DNA from: Curvularia clavata
Taxonomy: Eukaryota
DNA length: 64,000 nucleotides
Reading direction: 5' to 3'
NCBI GenBank assembly: GCA_023920165.1
Contig: CP089277.1
Coordinates: forward strand, 1,054,001 to 1,118,000
Positions 35,571-47,216 of this stretch are shown piece by piece. The notes beneath the pieces were generated by a model. That model saw nothing but the letters and a program-made list of their open reading frames with translations, searched no databases and was not told the DNA's origin. Within the stretch, counting starts at the first letter, position 1, and every line of letters begins with the position of its first letter. Position numbers and translations under genes: made by a program.

Positions 35571-36604
35571 TCATTTCAGAAAGTCGCCCCCAGTCTTCGC
35601 GAGAATCTCGTCGTAGTAACTTTGGAAAGCCAGCCAACCCTTTTCAGGTGTCCCTACTTGTTTGTATGTCTCGGCTGCCTCGCTGTCTGGTATAATCTTA
35701 GGCGTATGCCTACTTCCAGCGGCGGCAGCGTCCACAAGAAGCTGCGCTTGACACGTTTTGTCGAGGGAGAGAAACCAGAATGCTGCTTCATCGACTGATT
35801 TGCCTACTGTGAGTATACCGTGGTTTTGGAGAATAGCCGCCTTTCCGTCTCCTGTTCTAAGTCAGTGTGGTTGATATCATGTTCTGAACAAAGCACACCT
35901 AAAGCATCGGCGATTCTCTCACCCTCTTCGCTTGCTAACACGATACCACCAAATTGCTTATAGACACCATGGCTTTTGTAGAAGCGCACACTATCCTGCG
36001 TTATCATATCAAGCTCTCTACCAAATGCACTGAATGCCTTTCCGTGAACGCTGTGAGCATGACATGCGGCATGTACTTCTGGTCGTCGTTTATGTATCGC
36101 GCTATGAATGGCAAATGCAGCCGCATTAATGGGTTGGTCACCCTCAACCACATCGCCCTCTTCATTAACCAGGATCAGATCCGAGACTCGTATCAAAGAA
36201 AAGTGTGCCGATAGTGGGTTGAGCCAGAAATGATCGGTCAGAATAGGATCGCGCACACTAATGTGGCCAGCAACTCCTTCGTCGAAACCGCGGGAGGCGA
36301 AGATCCGATAAGCAGCAGCAAGATGCTGTTTTCGATATAGCCGCTCATCCTCAAGGCTATTGAAACTCGGATATTTTCTAATTCTTAGTGATTTTCCTGA
36401 CTTGGTACGACCCATGGCTGCTACCGCTTGGTTATCGGTTTCCTCAGCATGGTCAACGCGTATATTTGCTGCAGCTGATGCGCCACGTGGGTTCGAAGAC
36501 GTTGCTAGACATCGGATTGGACATGGTAGAGGTGTCGCATGCCGAAATACGAAGGGGCGGGAAGCTCTGGGTAGTAATCGGGGCAGAAAACGGGTAGCAG
36601 ACAT
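35571..36604 (-). CDS. Class II aldolase/adducin family protein with putative mitochondrial presequence; intron 35898-35852
   Basis: EGVAGHISVRDP, INAAAFAIHSAIH, ACHAHS, spliced ALGDGKAAILQNHGILTVG. Confidence 0.92.
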
Positions 36605-37311
36605 TGGAGTTGTAGTTCGTGAGATCTTGGTGCCTGGATAGTGATGTAGTCGGTCTTCACAAGTTGGAGCAGGATGTCCCCACAGTAGATACGAGGGATT
36701 GACAAAGTAGCCATGGATAACACGACGCTACATGCATCCTGGCGCTATTGGTGATCTGTGGCTTCGTATGTGGGGAGAAGCATGGGGTGTCGCGGGGTAA
36801 TGGGCCGAGGTCTACTGAGGCTGACGTACGTATCTGTAAGCAAATACATGTTGAAAGTTTCGCCGCGCTAATCTAGTTATATTATCTTCTTTGCACTGTT
36901 ATAAGTGGTCGAATAAAATGATTAGAGCGATTCAGATAGGAAGCTTTCTTGGAAAAGTGGAATAAAGCCATCAACTTATAGAAAGAGTTCTTTACCCATC
37001 GCATACTAGTCTAGACTGAGGCCAAGCGGCTGATCATTGCTACCGAGGAAGCTTCAACCTCTACTCCTGCCTTCAAACTCTGTCAAGCGCTACATAACTC
37101 AGATCAATCGCCCGAAATTCCTAGATCTAACAATCACAAACCCATACTTCAATCTCTCTGAATCTTTCAAACTTATTGTTTGCGCTTCCCTAGACGTTGA
37201 AGACCCCTTCGTACGTGCACCCCACCGTCGCCTAGCTTTCGGTTCATAATCGTCATAGCAGGTCTAGCGCAATATCGCAGAACAGCTTGGTATAAATATC
37301 ATTCAATTACA

Positions 37312-38476
37312 ATGGACATCTATGGAGAATTACTTCGTTGGGCGGCTGAACAAGACATTGAAATCAACGGAATCGAGCCTCGGATCCTTTCCAATAAAGG
37401 CACTGGAATTATCGCAAGGCGCGACATTCAGGTACCAAGTCCAAGCATGGCCTTGGGACTTTCTCTGATCCTAGTAGGTTGGAGAGAACATACTCATTGT
37501 CCCGTTCAATACATTTCGAACGCTACAGCATGTCCCAAGAGCTATCTCACAAAGACTGCCCCAACACACACCACTTCACGCCATCCTAGCCGCACACCTT
37601 ACTCTAGACAAAACAGACTCCTATGACTCACCAAACAAAGTCTTACCAGATTTAAGTTCTTTCAAAGCCAGTATGCCCTTCTTCTGGACATCAGAGCTCC
37701 ATTCTTTCCTTCCCAAACTGACCCAGGATTTGATGCAAAAGCAAAAGAGGAAATTCCAGCGAGACTGGGAAATCGTCTCAAGCAATTTCTCAAACATAAA
37801 CCGTACTCATTATTTGCATTCTTGGATGGTTGTCAACACAAGGTCGTTCTATTGCACGACTTCAAACATGGAAGGGCTGCCCCACGATGACAGGCTTGCA
37901 ATTCTGCCAGTAGCCGACCTTTTCAACCACTCTGACGTTGGTTGCGAGTTAGAGTTCTCTTCGAACGAATATACGTTCACTGCAGATCGTAGATATGACG
38001 CTGGCGAAGAAGTTTATATTTGCTATGGGAAACATTCTAACGATTTCCTTCTTGCTGAATACGGCTTTGTGCCTACAGAGAATCGATGGGATGTAGTATG
38101 CCTAGATGATGCGATTTTACCGTATTTGAACGAAGAGCAGAAAGCTGCATTAAGCGACAAAGGATTTTTAGGAAAATACATGCTCAGTCCAGAGACGGTT
38201 GGGTGTTCTAGGACTCGAGTAGCGATGCGGCTATTGTGTTGCACGATAGAAGAATGGGAGCAGTACTTGTTTTTCGAGGCTGGCGAAGATTTCTCTTATG
38301 GAGAGAAAGATGTTTTGATTGAGATTTTGGATACATTCGTCAAGATGATTCATCAGACGTTGAAGGATATCGGGAACCTCAAGGCCGGCGAGATCTGCCA
38401 ACGGGAGCTACTTGTGAAGAGATGGAGCCAAATCGAAACTATAGTCACAAAGGCTATGCAAAATCTTGCTAGCTGA
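37312..38476 (+). CDS. SET-domain protein lysine methyltransferase (Rkm/SETD-like); intron ~37432-37477
   Basis: KGTGIIARRDIQVGE, VVNTRSFY, LPVADLFNHS, GEEVYICYGKHSNDFLLAEYGF; TATAAAT ~20 nt upstream. Confidence 0.9.
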
Positions 38477-38551
38477 TTGAAAACGAAGATATGTTACAAT
38501 TAGCACTCATGAATATGATTCCAGATATTTTCCCAGCCTTAATAAAGCTAA

Positions 38552-39115
38552 CTAAACCAATTGCTCCGATTCATCCAATGAGGGGAAGAGATCGTCGAAG
38601 CTTGGAAGGACATACGTGTTTTGAAAAACCAGCTGAGAACTCAGCATGTTCGCGTCGAGGGCCTTTGGGCGTTTACGAGGGTTACCAGCGCAGACTTGGC
38701 ACTGTTTGAGAAGGTAGATGACATCTGCTCGAAGAATGCCATAATACGAACAGCGTATGTCCCTCCATGTAGCATCCCACCCGGTATGACCGTTATTGTT
38801 ATGAACTAACTCCACCACGTCCGCGATTGAGTCTTCAGTGACGACCATCCGACCCTTCCCTCCAATTTTGGATGCGCATGCGAGCAGGTTTTGTGTGTGC
38901 TCGTCCCAAGTAAATGTTTTCCGAGCATAATGACGGCGGCTGAACTCCTGTTGGGAGGACGGTCGTTTCTCAGGATTGATTAGCCATTGGATAAGACTGT
39001 TCTTCTCAGCTTGGGAAACTCGATGAGTGCTTTGGTTCTCCTGCAGATATTGAAGAAATGCGGCTCTAGTATCATGAGTAAAGGTGATGGAATTCTGAAC
39101 AGAGTGCTTGCTCAT
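38552..39115 (-). CDS. Stand-alone integrase-type HHCC zinc-binding domain protein, no DDE core
   Basis: VELVHNNNGHTGWDATW..YYGI..LLKQCQVC matches the integrase H2C2 spacing; ORF stops ~45 aa later. Confidence 0.7.
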   Translation of the reverse strand: MSKHSVQNSITFTHDTRAAFLQYLQENQSTHRVSQAEKNSLIQWLINPEKRPSSQQEFSRRHYARKTFTWDEHTQNLLACASKIGGKGRMVVTEDSIADVVELVHNNNGHTGWDATWRDIRCSYYGILRADVIYLLKQCQVCAGNPRKRPKALDANMLSSQLVFQNTYVLPSFDDLFPSLDESEQLV

Positions 39116-39169
39116 CTTGCTTTCTTTAACTCCGGGGTAGGATGTTGCGCTTACGCGCGAATTTAGCGA

Positions 39170-39241
39170 CGGCGTACGCGCCCAGTCGAGACCCACTCTT
39201 GACTGGGCGCGTACGCCGCCAGTCAAGAACCCCCTTGACTG
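39170..39241. repeat. Two adjacent inverted repeats: 21-22 bp arms (39170-39218) and 8 bp arms (39220-39241), sharing the core CAGTCRAG-N6/7-CTTGACTG
   Basis: cggcgtacgcgcccagtcgag-acccact-cttgactgggcgcgtacgccg, then cagtcaag-aacccc-cttgactg. Confidence 0.9.
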
Positions 39242-39319
39242 CAATCACACGGAGATAGGCCATTCACTTTAGCTTGATTTTCGATCATTCTTAATTTCAT
39301 TGCTAGTCCTCTTTCGGCG

Positions 39320-42300
39320 ATGTCGAGTGATACACATATCCAATCTGTAAGCGGACCGTCTACAGATATTGGCGCGATTTGGGATGCAGCTGTTCTGCGT
39401 TATGAAACGACTGCCGGTATCAAAATCCAGTCTCTCGCCGGACCTGCAAGCGCGGACAATATCCTGATCAATTCCAAAGAAAGAGAGAAGCAGTTTACAA
39501 GTCGTCGCCATGATGGTTCCAGGTTAGACAAGTTTAGGACGTTGGTGAGGAAGGCTCTTGGTCCGATAGAAATGTGGGGTGATATCGTAACCAATGCGAC
39601 CAAAACTGTAAAGAACCTTATCTTTCTCCGAATCTTGAGATAGCTGACCCTTGCAATGCGATAGATTTTCCCCGCTTCTGAGATCATCTTCGCTGCTGCT
39701 AAATATCTTATTAGCGTATAGTGCCTACATCCATATGTTCCGTAGTTGCTAATAGCGTCAGACTGCGAATGCTGTATCGGCTGATTTCGACAGAGTCGAA
39801 GAGTTCTTTCAGGAGCTCTCGTCATATCTCATACAGCTTCGGGTGTGGGAGAATGGACTCCCACGTATACCGGAACTTGAAGAAGTCATAACGGAGGTTT
39901 TCACCTCAGTTCTAGTACTTTGTGGAATATGCACGAAATACGTCAGGACGAAAAGGCTAGGTTGTTTCCAACTATACCTGTATTTCCGCTTAGAGTTAGA
40001 TCACTAACAAACGTATTCCTGCAGTTAAAGCTTTTCGAGCTCTAGCGGGCGAAGATGATGAACTGAAGTCAGCATTTGACCAACTTCGTAAAACGATCCA
40101 AAGAGAGCAAGGGATAGTTCGCAATGCTATCCTGGCAGGCGTACAGGATCTAAAACTCGAAACGAGCGCTGTACGCACAAATGTTGAGGATAACCTGGTG
40201 TTGACAGAACAAATAGACCGCCAGACGAATCATATTGTTGCCAGCACAAACCAAATACACAAGTATCTTGAGGGTATGATTATAGAGTTCTTTAACCTTT
40301 CAGATACTCAGCTTTTGCAGACCAAGAAAACGCACTCGAGCGTGGTAACATTCTAGCGTGGCTGTCGACTCTTGACTTCCACAAAAAGCAAAGAGATACA
40401 CATGGCAGACACTGCAGTGGGACTGGCAATTGGTTCTTGGATAGTGACTGCTTCAAGGAGTGGCTTGATAGTACGCATAGTTCCACTCTTTGGTGTTACG
40501 GGATTCGTAAGCATATCACCCCTACTTCGGTGTTTTATCTATCGATTCACTAACCACCCAGAAAAGCCGGCGCTGGAAAATCAATCATGACGTAGGAGTT
40601 TCGCACTTTCCGGGTAGTCTAAATTGACTTCGTGGGTGAAAACTGATTCATGACCTAGATCGATAGCTATCAGCCACGTCGAGGAACACACCGTGCGTGG
40701 GGATGTCGCGATTGCATACGTGTATTGCGACTACACTGATGCGAAATTGCAATCTGGGGTTGAGCTTGTTTCCAGTATAACTCGACAATTAGTTGAGCAG
40801 AACCATCGAATACCTGAAGAAGTCAAGACATATAGGGACAGATGGGCCGAGAAGAGAACTTATCCTACTCAAGAAGACCGAGTGTTACTCATCAAGGATG
40901 TTGTTTCGCGCTTCAGCAAAACCTACATCTTTGTCGATGCATTGGTAGCTGTTACCCTTTGTTGTTCAGTATCAGGTTGCTGACCTGAGGCCCCAGGATG
41001 AATGCCCCGAGCAGAACCGTACCGAATTTCTCCATATGCTCAGAATGCTGGAACCTTTTACCCATCTATTCATAACTTCCCGCCCACATCTCGACCTTCA
41101 AACGCAATTTGCCAACCTTGTCCAGATCGAGATTGCGGCCAGCTCTTCCGACATTCAGGTTTATTTAGAGTCTGAGATCAGTAACAATAGTAGGATGTCG
41201 CTCCTGACCAATAAAGACACTGCTCTGAAAGGACAGATCATTGATACGATAAGTAAGAAAGCCGCTGGAATGTAAGAAAAGTAACAAGAGCATACTGTTC
41301 TCAACTAGAATCTAATGTCGAGTTCAGGTTCTTGGTAGCACATTTCCAATTGGCGCGTATTTGTCGGATGTCAAACTCCAGGCAAGTGCGGAAGTCTCTC
41401 GAAGCCCTTCCAACTGAGATACATGACTTTTACGAAGACGCCTTAGAAAGAATCGAAAGCTATTTTGAAGAAGATAGGCAGCTAGTTAAGAAGACACTTG
41501 CCTACGTGTACTGCGCAAAAAGGCCGTTGACCATGGAAGAACTCAGTCATGCGCTGGGTATCGAAACAGACGACACAGAATTTGACGAGGATGCTTGCCC
41601 AGAAATGGAGATTGTACTCAATATTTCCGCTGGTCTCATCCGCGTCAACGAAAAAAGCAATGTCGTGGTACTTGTCCATCAAACCTTACAAGAGTATCTG
41701 GCAAAGAACTCTTCAAAGTTGTTTCACCATCCAGAAGCAGAAATTGCAAAGACATGTTTGACGTACTTGTCCATGGATGTCTTCGAACAAGGGCCCTGCA
41801 TTGAAGGGAGGGTCTTAGAGCAGCGCTTGAAAGACTATCTCTTCCTTGACTACGCCTCGCACCATTGGGGGCATCACCTGCTTGAGAATGATTCACACAT
41901 GTGGATTGATTTGCTCCTCAAGTTTCTCAAAAATAACAAAAAGATAGCTTCCTACCTACAGGTACTCCACATTCCCCGGTATCGAGGTCAAGACTGGCAT
42001 GATCGCTTCCCTAAGCAATTCAGCCCTTTACATGTTGTAGCGTACTGGGGTTTGCACTGGGTCTTCCAGATGAACCTTGCTGACTGTGTAGACATCGACA
42101 GTCAAGATAGCCACGGCACAACGGTACTGCTACTGGCTGCAAAATATGGGCACGCAGTTCTAGTGCAAATGCTCATCGAAATCGGCGCTGAATTGGACGT
42201 ACGCAACAAAAGAGAGGAGACTGCATTGTATTGGGCAGCCAGGTCAGGACACAGGTCTATAGTAGAGCTACTAGTCGCAAAAGGAGCTGATCCTAGGTGT

Positions 42301-44097
42301 GAAGATTCCGAAGGATGGACCGCGCTTGACTGGGCTGTCATCAAGGGATATCCAGAGTTGGCGCGGCTGCTACTGGACCGATGTCATCGCATTGATCCTG
42401 AATACAGCGGGGAAAACAAAGCAGTTATCCTAGCAGCCGAAGCAGGCACGGAGATGACAGTGCAGATGCTTATAGACTTGGGAGCTGACGTCAACTGGAA
42501 GGATCATTTTGGTAGTACGGCATTGACCTGGGCTATACCTGAAGGGCACGAGAAAGTAGTACGACTATTACTGGACAATCAGGCCGATGTCAACTCAAGA
42601 GATGTATACGACAACACGCCATTGCACTGGTCGCTCCCATATACGGCAATGGTGAAACTCCTTTTAGAAAATGGGGCGGAAGTTGATGCAAAGAATCAAA
42701 GTGGCAAGACGGCCCTCATTTGGAGCGCCCACGACGGGCAAGAGCCGGCCCTGCGCTTGCTTCTCGACAACGGGGCGGATGTTGCTGTACAGGATTGCCA
42801 CGGATGCACAGCACTGCATGCCGCCTCATTGAGAGGCCATGAAAGTATTGTCAACGAATTAATGAAGAACGGAGCAGATCCTGGTACGAAAGACCAAGAC
42901 GGTTGGACCCCGTTACATGCTGCAGCACTCAAACAACACCATGGAGTAGTGCGTATCCTACTAAACAAAACCGATAAAGGTGAAGAAATACTCAAGTGGG
43001 TTGAGCTGCAGCAGAAGGACGCAAAAAAAGGGGCTTTGTTGGCATACATAGCAGAGCGAAAATCAGAAGGAAGCACTGTGGTTTCTGGCCTTGGCTCCGC
43101 CGCCCAGGATGGACAGTTTGAAAGAGTGCAGGCACTCTTAGAAACCGGAGTAGACATCAACGGACTCAGTGCATGTGGCTCTACGGCTCTTACTCTAGCA
43201 GTCTCTCAGGGTCAAGAACGCATAGTACAATTGCTACTGGAACAGGGAGCTCTTGTCAACAAAGTCGAGAGCAACGGACGTTCGGCTTTGCATCTAGCGG
43301 CTGAAGATGGGCACCAAAAGATAACACAAATGTTGGTTGAGAATGGTGCTGACGTCAATGGGTGCTTCTATACGTGGACGCCATTGTTGACAGCCGCAAG
43401 AGAAGGACATGAGAAGGTCATCGAATATCTGGTTCAAAACGGGGCGAACATTCATGCTGAAGACTATTACGGACGAAAGGCAGTGCATTGGATCGCTCAG
43501 CACGGATATTGGAAGACGCTGAAGTTGTTCACCAGATGCGGCGGTGATATTAATGCGACGGATCACTGGAACAGAACCCCTCTTATGTGGGCAGTCCACG
43601 GCGAAAATCTAGCAGTCGCAAAGTTGCTGCTAAATTTGGGGGCTAGCCTCGAATCAAAGACTGAAGATGGATCCACCGCACTCCATATGGCATCGTTTCT
43701 TGGTGATGAAGAGATGGTACTTTTGTTGCTACAAAGGGATGCTAGCATTGAAGCAAAAACTCGGAGAGGCTTTAAACCCCTGCATATTGCGGCACTCTTT
43801 GGACATGAGGAGGTAGTCCGCTTGTTACTGGAAGAAGATGAAAATATAGATGCAGAAAGCCATCTATTAGAGGCTGATGATGAGAACGATGAGGACGAGG
43901 GTGTGAGGGATGGCTCTGTGGATACTGACGATATTGACTTGAGGGCAACTCTAGCATTGGACAAGTATATGTACCAGTGCCTTGTTGGCAAAGAGAAGGA
44001 TATGAAAACGTCACGTAGTTGGACGGCATATCAGCTTGCTGCCGAAAGTGGAAACAGAGAAGCGCAGAGACTCTTGAGGAGAGCGTTCAAGGCCTAG
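39320..44097 (+). CDS. Fungal NLR-like protein: Goodbye-like N-terminal domain, NACHT, winged helix, ~19 ankyrin repeats; about 8 introns in the 5' half
   Basis: IWDAAVLRYETTAG..FTSRRHDG, GTGNWFL, spliced P-loop LWCYGIPGAGKS, Walker B YIFVDALDEC, LFITSRPH, AAGMFL, RPLTMEELSHAL, repeated GxTALxxA. Confidence 0.9.
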
Positions 44098-44422
44098 ATG
44101 AATTGAACCATGAATGATTGTGACAACTACGGCTTCTTTTAAATTCAAAGTCGCAAGTACTGAGAACACAGTATGTAGTAAGCAGCTATTACAACTACAA
44201 ATAACATTCAAAAGGGGTGGTTTTTTTTTGGGCTACCATTTCCCGGTTTCGCCAGTTGTTGTGGGAGAGTCGCCATGCACTTGCCTTTCACTTGCCCCAC
44301 TTATCTCCGCACTAGGGCGTTTGCCTCACCTACACTTCACCTCTCCCAACATGTAAGCTCTCAAATGCAAGAATTTTATACTCTGGGACTGCACGTAACA
44401 CTGGTTTCCACTAGCACGCACG

Positions 44423-46107
44423 ATGGCGTGGATCTTCTATCTCATCGTGGCCCTGCTGGCAACTCTCACAGTTGCAAGCTCGACAGTGGACGTCGATAGC
44501 ACGGTGTTAGGTAAGTAAAAAAATTATCTGGCTGTTTCAAGCACTAACCGTTGTCAGAATCGCTTTTTCATGCACAGCTTGATGCTGGCGCGGACTCATC
44601 GATATCCACTTCCCTTAACGGTACAAATACTCTCGCCGAGTCGCTTGGGGCCGATATAGAACTTAAGGAATGGTTCGCTGCTCTCAATCATGCCACACGT
44701 CTGAACGAGACCTGGAGCTCAGAGCACGACTTCCATACCGCTGGCGCCGACGATTCCCTTTCAAATATCACTGCCGCGGACGCCGACATACCTACTGCTG
44801 CTGCTTCTGCGGTGCAGATGAGGCCAAAACCAAATCTAGATGGGTATTACCGATTAGACGTGCGCATAGGACGAGGCTCTACCCACGTCGGTACACTGCG
44901 GAAAGGACGCATGTTCAAGCGCATGTATGCAGCGCTCAAGGTCTGCTCATTTGCTCCCGACAATCCCAACAGCCCGGGCGACTGCAATCCAAGCCGCCCC
45001 GGATGTCCCGAAATATGCCGCTTGCCAAATATTGTGTACGATAGGGGCAACCTCAACTATGCCGCTGATTCGTTCCTCATGCTCAATGTGCGATGGATAT
45101 ACTTCGATGTCAAGAATCACCCCGTGATCCAAGACCTAGCAGTAAGTGTCCAATCAAGTGGCTACAAAGGAATGGACACTAATGTACATGAGCAGTACCG
45201 CATTGTCGCTCGCATCTTCGAACTCATGACCCTCCAGGGCGACAACTGTCGCTATACCAACTTCCCAAAGTCGCGCCCGACATACATGTGTAGTGTAGCC
45301 AACAAGGTCGAACTCGCCTTCCCTATCAATGGCGGCGTGATCCAAGGCGTCCTTAACGTGGAGCTCAAATGGAGTAAGAATACCGGAAAAGACACTTTCA
45401 AGTGCGAAGGCAACACCGAGGGCAACGTCGACTCTATGATGTGGACCGATTACAGGGGACCCCTCGCCAACGCCATGTCCTGGCCCGAGAAACAACTCCT
45501 CCCCTTCGTCTTCTGCGCCGATGATGACTGCTTCAAGCAAAACCTCAAGCCCAGCGAGCCCTGGCATGAAAACGACAACTGTGTCCCGCTAGACTGGCCC
45601 ATTGGATGCGACCCGAAGCTCTCAGGCCCCAAAAACCCCAAACTCAACTGCCCACCTGAGACCGCCCCTCCCAAACCAGTCAACCAAAACAAAATGCTGT
45701 CCATTGTCTATCAGGAAGTCAGGTCTCGGGCCCAGGGTAAAGACGAGAAGTCATGGCTGTTCTTCTCGAGCGACTTCAGTAACCAGTCAGCGTGTCGCAA
45801 TGAGAAGGATGCTGTGAAGAAGGTTAAGAATGCCCCTGGCGGTATGGAGCAGCCGCCTTGGCCTGGGGGCACGTATACCCTTAACCTGTTCGGCGTGGAG
45901 TGCGATTACAAGAACGATGGGACCAATGCTGGGGCTTTGTACTGCATGGAGGAACTGCCTCCGCTGCTGCCAACAATGCCTCCAGTAATGGCAAAGACGC
46001 GACGTATCTCGTGTCTGTCGGAAACGACGAGGTGGAATAAAGGAGAGATTTGTGAGCGCGGCGCTATCGAGATTGCACGTCACAAGGTTGTGTTTTGTAG
46101 CTGGTGA
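44423..46107 (+). CDS. Secreted cysteine-rich protein of unknown function (~527 aa, 18 Cys); introns 44511-44557 and 45142-45195
   Basis: Exon 1 MAWIFYLIVALLATLTVASS is a signal peptide and splices in frame to the long ORF; GTAAGT donors with CTAAY branch sites. Confidence 0.8.
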
Positions 46108-46329
46108 TTCGATGATGGGCAGACGGTAACTTCGTGGTTCGCAGCAGAGACATCTGCTAGGTTTCCTGATGTAGCTGAAGGAGTGAAGCTCTAAAATCCC
46201 AGTGATGATTTTAAGTCATTCTCTGAAAGTGCTATACACTCGATCCTCTGACGCGAAAGATCCTCAACAGAAATGAAATTTCTGTTAAATCTTCTATCGT
46301 TCATCACACAGCATCATTTCTCACGCAAG

Positions 46330-46810
46330 ATTATTCGTAAACTGCCTCTGTTAATTCTCAACATTCTTGACAAGCCCACTTCTCTCCTCTATCAGCTTGA
46401 CACAGTGCTCATTCACTTCTTCTAAACCCATGGAAAACGCGCCCTTGTCTTCATTCAGATAATAGCGTACATGATTTTGCAGCTCCTGAGGAAGATGACA
46501 GTTACGATCGGTCGTGAAGTCCTGCGCTCCGGACTGTGTGAAAAGTTTGATGATATCAGGAGGCAGCTTGTCGAGCGCGTCTTTGCGGGCTGAAGCATCC
46601 GACCCCAGTATATCTTTCGCATGCCACCTACTGAAGAATCAAATTTCTCGGGTGTCAAATCAACCGAGGGGAATTCTACAATGATTTGGAGTCCAGAGGC
46701 GGCGAAATACTCAACAAGCCGCTCGCCGCGATTCGGTGTGTAATCAACCTGAGCCAAGAAGGAAGGTTTGACTGCCAAGCAGGCACAGCAATCATGAACT
46801 GGTTCTTCAA
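46330..46810 (-). pseudogene. DUF4246-like pseudogene fragment (internal deletion, frameshift, stops)
   Basis: VDYTPNRGERLVEYFAASGLQIIVEFPSVDLTPEK in one frame, then LDKLPPDIIKL..LPQELQNHVR..SMGLEEVNEHCVKLIEERS* in another. Confidence 0.6.
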
Positions 46811-47216
46811 ATGCAAGATCTTCATTTACATCAAATGGTACCTATGTTGATGCTAGAAATTGGATACATGAGCAGTAAAGTGCGTAGAATTCCAGTCGTG
46901 AGCACACACGTGTGCAGTCATTGGCTGCATCAGTAGCTGGTATTTAAACCCTAGGGATTTACATAAATGCTTACTTTGGGTCTTAAGTTCAAGTGTTCAG
47001 TCCTAGAAAAGCAGTAGACCGAATGAGATAACATGACGACTTTCCTTTCACATGTGAGTTCTGACTCGCGCATGCCTCGTCTTGGCGTATCTCCACGTCA
47101 TCATGACTCGCCCTGGCTGACCGTTCACCAGTTGCACGCTAAGCGGCCTGACACCTTACCTAGGCTCCACTACTCCTACACTCTAAGAAAGTCCACACAC
47201 ACCCCAGCATCTCCTC

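Noticed and set aside
38552..39244. Intact transposon or LTR retroelement around the HHCC ORF
   Set aside because: No DDE core, RT, LTRs or flanking paired terminal repeats seen
41950..44090. High-identity hypervariable repeat array or amyloid signalling motif in the NLR
   Set aside because: Ankyrin units are divergent from one another; no short Asn/Gly/Gln-rich N-terminal motif and no neighbouring HeLo or gasdermin gene seen
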